64,000 bases of DNA, from NCBI GenBank assembly GCA_017399145.1, contig JAFQEG010000011.1, positions 7,306-71,305 of the forward strand, written 5' to 3'. The translations under genes were made by a program, and so were the position numbers. Below, in pieces: positions 57,722-64,000 of the stretch; within the stretch, counting starts at the first letter, position 1, and each line of letters starts with the position of its first letter. A model generated the notes under the pieces. The model saw only the letters and a program-made list of their open reading frames with translations, was not told where the DNA came from and searched no databases. Source of the DNA: Clostridia bacterium (lineage in GTDB: Bacteria > Bacillota > Clostridia > Oscillospirales > CAG-272).

Positions 57722-57732
57722 GGGGGGAGAGT

Positions 57733-58176
57733 ATGAGAAGCTATGATTTGGCAAAGCTAGCCATAACCCTATTATCAAATGACGAGTCCTTATCCTTGCC
57801 CTTTCTAAAGAAGAAGGGAGACGGATTAACTCTAGGCTTCTTCACCTTTGGAGAAAAGCTTTATATGGAGGACGGGGCTATTCGTTTAGATAGAGAAATA
57901 TTGTACGTAAACGAAATTTGGGCAATAGACCCAATACTCACATCTGTAAAAAAGACAGAGTGTATAGGGCTTAAGGGCGTGCCCTGCTGGTATAACCCCT
58001 TAGGACAGTGCACAAAAGAGGAATACGAGGACGTTTACTTCGAGTATTGCAAATCAATTGATGAGGTCTTAGAGGGACAGGATAGTGTTGAAAAATACAA
58101 GGACCTTGCAAAAAGAGTTGTGCCTAAACAGCTAATAACTGCATACAAAAGCTGTGGTGCACAATTCCTAGAATAG
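57733..58176 (+). CDS. Hypothetical protein, candidate immunity/partner of the peptidase
   Basis: 147-aa ORF directly downstream of the effector with GGGGGGAG RBS. Confidence 0.5.
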   Translation: MRSYDLAKLAITLLSNDESLSLPFLKKKGDGLTLGFFTFGEKLYMEDGAIRLDREILYVNEIWAIDPILTSVKKTECIGLKGVPCWYNPLGQCTKEEYEDVYFEYCKSIDEVLEGQDSVEKYKDLAKRVVPKQLITAYKSCGAQFLE

Positions 58177-58186
58177 AGGTGATATA

Positions 58187-58858
58187 GTGGATAAGAATAA
58201 AAATGCAGAGGAAAATTTAAAATCACTCTCTTACTTTATGCAGGAAAGAGAAGGTCGCCTTTTTGATGAAATCAAGGAGGAGGCTGTATTTTATAGCAAT
58301 AGAGAAGATGGCGCACGAAAGGAATGCGCAGAGGAAATTGAAAAATTACGAAAAGCAACCGAGGACGAAAGAGAAAGGCTAAATCAAGCTAAGGAAAAGG
58401 CTATCGTTTTAAAACGGATAGCTACTGAAAAGAGGATTAACTCAAAGGGGTTATTTTCTGGACCGGTGCCTAGTCCTGAGTGTGTTGAGGTGGTGGAAAA
58501 AATGTCTTTCATAGCTGGTGAAATTTCCACTCAAGAGGCAAAAAATGCACTTGAGGCTATTTGCAAATATACAAAATCGGCAATGGAAAGAAAAATGGAC
58601 CAAGAGACCCTTGACGAAATTGTTAAGCAGGCAGATAACCTTATTGCTATATGCGAGAAGGATAGCGTAGAAAAGGCGCTTGAATACAAGATAAATCAAC
58701 GTCAGGCGGAAAGAGACCAAAGGCTAAAGCAATACGGGGACAACGTAAGGTCCACTATTGATATAGAGGTTACCCACTACATTGGTAATTTAAGACTAGA
58801 GCTTTTAGGCGAAAAATACGCATTCGGCGAGCCACCTAGAGTGCGCTCGACTAAATAA
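58187..58858 (+). CDS. Hypothetical coiled-coil protein
   Basis: GTG start after GAGGTG; E/K/R-rich helices; no TM. Confidence 0.6.
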   Translation: MDKNKNAEENLKSLSYFMQEREGRLFDEIKEEAVFYSNREDGARKECAEEIEKLRKATEDERERLNQAKEKAIVLKRIATEKRINSKGLFSGPVPSPECVEVVEKMSFIAGEISTQEAKNALEAICKYTKSAMERKMDQETLDEIVKQADNLIAICEKDSVEKALEYKINQRQAERDQRLKQYGDNVRSTIDIEVTHYIGNLRLELLGEKYAFGEPPRVRSTK

Positions 58859-58876
58859 TATGGAAGGGGAAAGCAA

Positions 58877-60211
58877 ATGGAATACAACGAATACGAAAAC
58901 AATCAATTAGAAAACGAGCCGGAAGAGGATAAGGGAATCAACCCACAGGCAAACTCAAATATTAACTACGTGCTAAGGAATTTTGAGGAGGTTGAGGAAA
59001 GCTACGAAAAGGCAAAAAGAGTTCTCACTAAGGAAATGGTTGCTCTTTGGGAAATGATAGCCTATGAAAGAAAACAGGCTGACTTGTACAGAAACAAGGT
59101 GCAGGCAGAGGATGTTATGGGCGTTATTCTTCCATTCTTGTCAGACATTGTAAATGACGTTGAGGATGCAACCGACTTAGACGAGGCAAAGCGAATTGTG
59201 GGAATTTATCTAAGGTCAATGAAAACTCACCTTATGAATATAGGTGTTGAGCTTAAGATGCACACAGAAAACGACGTGCTAGACCCAACCGAAAGAGTTG
59301 GTGGATCCTGTAAGAAGACGGGAGACAAGAGTCTTGACGGTAAAATTGCAAGAACCTCACAAATAGGCTGTGTAATTCACAACGAGGTGCCAACAGAAAT
59401 TCAAGAAAACGTTATTGTATATACATACGACCCAGAGCTTGACAAGGAGTTGCCACCGGATGAGCCACCGGTTGAAGAGGTGCCCGAGGAAAAGTCACCT
59501 GTGATTGACGAATCGGTTGAGGACACACCCGTTGAGGACGCACCAACAGACGAGGAATCTGTTGAGGATATACCCGGTATAAAGCTGTATGAAAACGAGA
59601 TTCAGTTTGTTAACCCAGTAGAGGATAAACCAGTTGAAGACGTACCGGTAGACGATACACCAGTTGAGGACGAACCAGTAGACGATACTCCAGTTGAGGA
59701 CACACCAGTAGACGATACACCAATTGAGGACGAACCAGTTGACGATACTCCGGTTGAGGACGAACCAGTTGACGATACTCCAGCTGAGGATGAACCAGTT
59801 GACGATACTCCAGCTGAGGGTGAACCAGTAGACGATACACCAATTGAAGACGTACCAGTTGAGGACGAACCAGTTAAAGACGACGAGCCAGTCATTAGGG
59901 CAACAGTTGACGAAAACGGAAGATATTTGCTTTGCGAATGCTTTAGAATTATAAGTAACAAGCTAAAGCCCTATACAAGGACTACTTCGTTTAAGCTAAA
60001 TCAAGGATATCCATATTCCTTCAAGGCTAATTCTGTAATTTCTATGTACGTAGGAGACCTTTGTATTGTATCCGAGTACAAAACAGAAAACGAGGAAAGA
60101 CAGCTAAGGGCTTGTGTTGATGAAATGGATGGACAGCTTGTCTTTCTCATAAGAGAGGGCAGAAAAGGCGGAAACGGCGAAATTATTGCACAATTTAAAA
60201 TTATTATATAG
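58877..60211 (+). CDS. GrpE-like protein with long acidic Pro repeat and C-terminal domain
   Basis: Coiled coil, then ILPFLSDI..LMNIGVE..DVLDPTE..TGDKSLDGKIARTSQIG..ENVIVY GrpE-type head; adjacent to Hsp70. Confidence 0.65.
   Translation: MEYNEYENNQLENEPEEDKGINPQANSNINYVLRNFEEVEESYEKAKRVLTKEMVALWEMIAYERKQADLYRNKVQAEDVMGVILPFLSDIVNDVEDATDLDEAKRIVGIYLRSMKTHLMNIGVELKMHTENDVLDPTERVGGSCKKTGDKSLDGKIARTSQIGCVIHNEVPTEIQENVIVYTYDPELDKELPPDEPPVEEVPEEKSPVIDESVEDTPVEDAPTDEESVEDIPGIKLYENEIQFVNPVEDKPVEDVPVDDTPVEDEPVDDTPVEDTPVDDTPIEDEPVDDTPVEDEPVDDTPAEDEPVDDTPAEGEPVDDTPIEDVPVEDEPVKDDEPVIRATVDENGRYLLCECFRIISNKLKPYTRTTSFKLNQGYPYSFKANSVISMYVGDLCIVSEYKTENEERQLRACVDEMDGQLVFLIREGRKGGNGEIIAQFKIII
59620..59890 (+). 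repeat. 15/30-nt coding tandem repeat (DDTP[VIA]-EDEPV)
   Basis: About 18 pentapeptide units, e.g. GACGATAC(A/T)CCAGTTGAGGACGAACCAGT. Confidence 0.9.
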
Positions 60212-60239
60212 GATTTGTTAAAAACGGAGGAAAATTAAA

Positions 60240-61796
60240 ATGATTATCGGAATAGACTTTGGAACTTGCTTTTCATCAATAGCGATTATGAACGGATTAA
60301 TTCCTGTTACCAACTTTGGTACAACAGGTGATGCAAGAGGAATACCTACACTATTCATGTTCTCTAAGGCACTTAATACAGAGCTTTATGGCACAGACTG
60401 CGAAATCGGTGAGGCGGTTGTTAATAGTAAAGAGGTTGTTCGATATATGAAGAAGATTGTAAGACAAAATCCTAACAATCTTAATGCAACAATCAGGACA
60501 AATGGTAAGGACTACACAATTAAAGAGATATTAAAGAAGTATCTTGCATTCCTTTTGGCTAAGGCTAAGGACAACGCAAGAAGAATTGGTGAAATCTCTA
60601 ACCTTGATTTTGAAAGAATTGCAATTACTGCCCCTGTTGGTATCGCTGAGGGTCAAATGACTGCAACAGACTACAACCAATTGCTAGTTGACACAGTAGT
60701 TGAAATTACAGGCGTTAGCAAGGATAAGGTAAGCATTATTCAAGAGCCAGTTGGCGCAGCTATGGCATACCTTTACAGTGACGATTTAAGAAGAATTTAC
60801 TCAAAGAAGCAAACCATTATGGTATTCGACCTAGGTGGTGGTACACTTGACGTAACTATTCTCGAGCATGACCCATACCTAAAGGAATACTCAATTAAGG
60901 ACAAGGACGGCGACCTTCAGCTAGGTGGTAACGATTGGGACCAAGCGCTAGCAGGTCTAGTTATGAAGAAGTCCGGTGCCACAGGTGACATTCTTGACCC
61001 AGAGGAAAAGAGCAAGTTTATATCTAAGGTTGTACGTCTAAAGGAAGACCTAACACCAAATGTAGCTGGTGAAATTTTCTTCAAGAAGGAAGGAAAAAGC
61101 TACTTTGCTGACGTAACAAGAGCGGAATTTGAATCAGCATCTAAGCCACTACTTGACAATGCGGTTAAGGTTGTAAAAAGAGTGCTTGGTAGATACAAGG
61201 GCACAATTGACAAGATTGTACTTGTTGGTGGTGCTTCCAATATGCCACAGATTGAAGCAAGACTAAAGAGCGAATTTGCTAACATTGTAAATGGCGAGGA
61301 AAATATCTTTAGATTTGACCCATCTAAGGCAATTTCAAAGGGTGCTGCAGTTTATGCAATGAAGCTTGAGGAGGACGACGGCGACAACAGGGCAAAGCCA
61401 AAGGATATTCTATCTCACACCTATGGCGTTGACTCACACAAGGACGGTGTTCATATGATTTACAACATTCTTTACAAGGGTGAATCAAAGCCAGCCTCAG
61501 CCACAGCAGCTACAACCTTTATGCCAAGAGAGGATAGCCAAACAAAGGCTGCATTTACAGTTTACGAGTCCGATGCAATTCGCACAGGAGACGATTCTAA
61601 CTCTAACTGGGTTAGCCTATCAGCAGGCAACTCAAATGGTATTAGAGTTACCGTTGACGTACCACAGGAATACCTAGGTAGAGCAACAAAGTTTGAAATT
61701 ACCCCTGAGCTTAGCATTGATGAAAACGAAATTCTTACTATCAACGTAAGAGACAGCAAGGGCAAAATCATCGGTACAGAAAAGAAACAGCTTTAA
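60240..61796 (+). CDS. Hsp70 family protein (non-canonical, lacks the C-terminal helical lid)
   Basis: IGIDFGT, EPVGAA, VFDLGGGTLDV, LGGNDWD, LVGGASNMP, AISKGAA; only 518 aa. Confidence 0.92.
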   Translation: MIIGIDFGTCFSSIAIMNGLIPVTNFGTTGDARGIPTLFMFSKALNTELYGTDCEIGEAVVNSKEVVRYMKKIVRQNPNNLNATIRTNGKDYTIKEILKKYLAFLLAKAKDNARRIGEISNLDFERIAITAPVGIAEGQMTATDYNQLLVDTVVEITGVSKDKVSIIQEPVGAAMAYLYSDDLRRIYSKKQTIMVFDLGGGTLDVTILEHDPYLKEYSIKDKDGDLQLGGNDWDQALAGLVMKKSGATGDILDPEEKSKFISKVVRLKEDLTPNVAGEIFFKKEGKSYFADVTRAEFESASKPLLDNAVKVVKRVLGRYKGTIDKIVLVGGASNMPQIEARLKSEFANIVNGEENIFRFDPSKAISKGAAVYAMKLEEDDGDNRAKPKDILSHTYGVDSHKDGVHMIYNILYKGESKPASATAATTFMPREDSQTKAAFTVYESDAIRTGDDSNSNWVSLSAGNSNGIRVTVDVPQEYLGRATKFEITPELSIDENEILTINVRDSKGKIIGTEKKQL

Positions 61797-61804
61797 TAAG
61801 AAAA

Positions 61805-61830
61805 AGAGAGTGCATTTTGCACTCTCGTTT
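61805..61830 (+). terminator. Probable weak terminator or processing hairpin
   Basis: GAGAGTGCA-TTT-TGCACTCTC-GTTTC with a poor U-tract. Confidence 0.55.
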
Positions 61831-61892
61831 CTGTCAATATGCGTAAAACACTGGGAGAAGTGTTTGATTTTGTCATTTTAAGGAGAAAACAA

Positions 61893-62459
61893 ATGAGCGT
61901 TGTTGTTGCAATAAAAAAGGACGGAGTCGTTTATATGGGTGCCGACACCCAAACGACTAGTGGAATACAAAGACGAAATTACCTAAAGGAAAGCAATCTT
62001 AAAATAGCCACCTTCGACAATGGAATGATTATTGGCCACGTGGGGGCGGTTTCCAGAAAAAGTATTCTTTTTCACTCTAAAAATATAATTCCTAAGCTAA
62101 AAATACCAAAAGAGGGCTTGACAAAAAAGGTTATTTACGAGCAACTAATACCTATGCTTCGTGACCAAGACGTGTTTTTCGACAAGGAGGAGGCAGAGGT
62201 GGACGCAAGCATGCTTATAGGCTATGGGGATAAGCTGTTTCGCGTAAGAAATGAGAGTGTTACTGAAATTAATGAGTATAGCTGCATAGGGTCTGGTGTC
62301 GATTTTGCTTGGGCTGTGATGGAAATTTATCACGAAAGGCTCGACCCTGTGTCGCTTTTAGATAAGGCAATGAGGGCATCCGCCAACAAAATTTCCTCGG
62401 TAAGTGGGCCATTTGTGTTTGTAAATACCAAGGACAGAAAAATTGAGGTGAGAGAATGA
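61893..62459 (+). CDS. Proteasome beta/HslV-like Ntn hydrolase (Ser1 nucleophile candidate)
   Basis: M-SVVVAIKKDGVVYMGADTQTT, NLKI, IIGHVG, CIGSGVDFA, SVSGPF; AGGAG RBS before ATG 61893. Confidence 0.8.
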   Translation: MSVVVAIKKDGVVYMGADTQTTSGIQRRNYLKESNLKIATFDNGMIIGHVGAVSRKSILFHSKNIIPKLKIPKEGLTKKVIYEQLIPMLRDQDVFFDKEEAEVDASMLIGYGDKLFRVRNESVTEINEYSCIGSGVDFAWAVMEIYHERLDPVSLLDKAMRASANKISSVSGPFVFVNTKDRKIEVRE

Positions 62460-63040
62460 TTGCGATTAAGGAAAATGGCGTAATTTATTTAGCTTATTCG
62501 CCTGTAAGTATGTATTGCTGGGGCTACTCTGACGAAAAAACACTCTTAGAGGAGGAAAACCTTTTTACCTTCGTAGCTGATGAGGAAAGAGGTGTAATTG
62601 CCGGCGTATCTCGTTATATGCCAAGGGCGGACGCAATAAGATACAATCTTAAGGGATGCTTTAATCTTGATGTTTATATGATGGGTGCTTGCTTAGAGGT
62701 CCAAAAGAAAATCGACGAGATTTTTGAGAAAAAGGGCTTTTATAACGGGGAGAAGCAACGAGAAAAGAATGAAAAAACTAAGATTTTTATAGCCCAAGAG
62801 GACAGAGGCTTTATATATAATCCCGTTGACAAGGACTGGATTGCCCTAGACGATGGAATAAATGCATGTATATCAAATGATATCTTTGAAAGTGCTTATG
62901 ATGCTTGCTATGAAATTGAGGATATTTACGAAAAAATAAAGCAAATTTTTCGCTTGTTTGGAAGGCAAGTTGACGAGATAGTCTTTCCTGTGGTGGCCCT
63001 TGACACAAAAACTAAAAAGCATAGGGTTATATGGGGGTAA
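62456..63040 (+). CDS. Divergent proteasome-beta-like paralog (probably non-catalytic)
   Basis: MIAIKENGVIYLAY, ENL, KIFIAQEDRGF, FPVVALDTK parallel the first paralog; lacks Thr/Ser1 and GSG. Confidence 0.55.
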   Translation: MIAIKENGVIYLAYSPVSMYCWGYSDEKTLLEEENLFTFVADEERGVIAGVSRYMPRADAIRYNLKGCFNLDVYMMGACLEVQKKIDEIFEKKGFYNGEKQREKNEKTKIFIAQEDRGFIYNPVDKDWIALDDGINACISNDIFESAYDACYEIEDIYEKIKQIFRLFGRQVDEIVFPVVALDTKTKKHRVIWG

Positions 63041-63043
63041 GAG

Positions 63044-63586
63044 ATGATTATAGCATTTAAGAAAAATGATATTGTATATCTTGGATACGACCAATACATA
63101 AAATTTGAAGAGGCAGGCCATACCCTTAATGCAAAGGAAAACTCTAAGGTTATCAAAAAATATAATGATGCGCTAGCTGGTGCTAGCGGACCTCTTGCAC
63201 TTAACAATTTTATGAGAACTGCAAATTGGCTTGTTGTAGAGGACGAAAAGCTTGAATACGACCAGCTTTTTGTCAATTTACTTGTTAGCTTTAGGGACAG
63301 ACGTGACCTTGTGGCTGATTCTAGAATTATAATTGCCTACAAGGATAAGCTATTCTTATTCCGTGAGGGCATGGACCTTTTTGAATTGGACGATTTTTGC
63401 GCCTGTGGTACAGGTGAGCAATACGCAATCGGCTATTTGTATATGAATTTTGACAAGGAAAACGACCCGGAAAAGCTAATGAAGGACACCTTTGCATACG
63501 TAAGAAAAAGAGTAACCAACATAGGCAAGGATATTGTACTTGTTAACACGAGGGACCTTGAGTTTGTGGAGGTGAAAAAATGCTAA
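63044..63586 (+). CDS. Proteasome-beta/HslV-like paralog lacking the N-terminal nucleophile
   Basis: MIIAFKKNDIVYLGYDQ, ENSKV, LAGASG, IIIAYKDKLF, ACGTGEQYAIG, IVLVNTRD. Confidence 0.7.
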   Translation: MIIAFKKNDIVYLGYDQYIKFEEAGHTLNAKENSKVIKKYNDALAGASGPLALNNFMRTANWLVVEDEKLEYDQLFVNLLVSFRDRRDLVADSRIIIAYKDKLFLFREGMDLFELDDFCACGTGEQYAIGYLYMNFDKENDPEKLMKDTFAYVRKRVTNIGKDIVLVNTRDLEFVEVKKC

Positions 63587-64000
63587 TAGTAAGAGAAAAG
63601 GGAATAGTTTATTTAGTAGAAAGTCTAGGGGAAAACGTAAGCGACAAGGACCTTAAGCTTTCTTATCGTGACCTTATGAATCCACGCAATTGCTCACTTT
63701 TTAAATTTAGACTATCTAAGGTGATAGGTGGTATATCTACAAATGAATCAAGCTTGGGTCACCCATACAAAACCATATACGACCTAAGAGGCGAGCTAAC
63801 AGCCCAAAAAATTGTAAACGAGATACTTCCCGTAATTCAAGAAACAACGGACTTAATTGGTTGGAACCCCGAGGACCACGAGGGGGCAAAGCACCCCTAT
63901 GATAACTTTATTTTGGCAAGGGGCGATGTGGTGTTTAGAATACATAGGTCTGGGGCAGTTATTGAAATTGAGTCCGATTGTGAGGCAACAGGCACCGATT
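63580..64000 (+). CDS. Fourth proteasome-beta-like paralog, 3'-truncated by the window edge (absent from the ORF track)
   Basis: Manual translation MLIVREKGIVYLVES..LTAQKIVNEILP..FILARGDVVFRI..VIEIE, open to base 64000 and overlapping the previous stop. Confidence 0.6.
   Translation, partial: MLIVREKGIVYLVESLGENVSDKDLKLSYRDLMNPRNCSLFKFRLSKVIGGISTNESSLGHPYKTIYDLRGELTAQKIVNEILPVIQETTDLIGWNPEDHEGAKHPYDNFILARGDVVFRIHRSGAVIEIESDCEATGTD

Noticed and set aside
59602-59961. Minus-strand SSTG-repeat and LEYRQLV-repeat ORFs
   Set aside because: They are antisense shadows of the acidic tandem repeat
60240-62459. Assigning the symbols dnaK and hslV
   Set aside because: The Hsp70 lacks the lid, the canonical linker and dnaJ/hrcA context; the Ntn protein lacks the TTI..GDGQV HslV signature and has no hslU neighbour

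Overview
A 64-kb chromosomal segment from a low-GC Bacillota genome, probably an uncultured gut or rumen Clostridia-type organism (inferred from gene content and sigma-A promoters). Housekeeping blocks are dusB, cysS and rimP-nusA-ylxR-ylxQ-infB. Carbohydrate genes are xylAB, AraC, GH31, GH3, GH92 and a heparinase II/III-like protein. There are four accessory modules. (1) A WYL-WYL / structured tRNA-like RNA / SPFH (slipin) / RtcB RNA-repair locus. (2) An ECF sigma/anti-sigma pair divergent from a frameshifted Rhs toxin (Ntox17-like tip) and its candidate immunity gene. (3) Five signal-peptide-less BspA-type LRR genes. (4) The strongest candidate for an undescribed system, from 49955 to beyond the window end. 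It encodes a membrane-anchor-less coiled-coil FtsK/EssC-like ATPase, two stand-alone FtsK pseudo-ATPases and three WXG100-like small proteins (two with WxD). It continues with a coiled-coil papain/C39-like effector and partner, a GrpE-like protein, a lid-less Hsp70, and at least four divergent proteasome-beta/HslV-like paralogs. A non-CRISPR 89-bp tandem array at 46.2-46.8 kb carries a promoter-like motif and a tRNA-3'-end-like CCA hairpin in each unit. Several REP/MITE-like elements are also present. All calls are by eye from motifs; no database searches were run.
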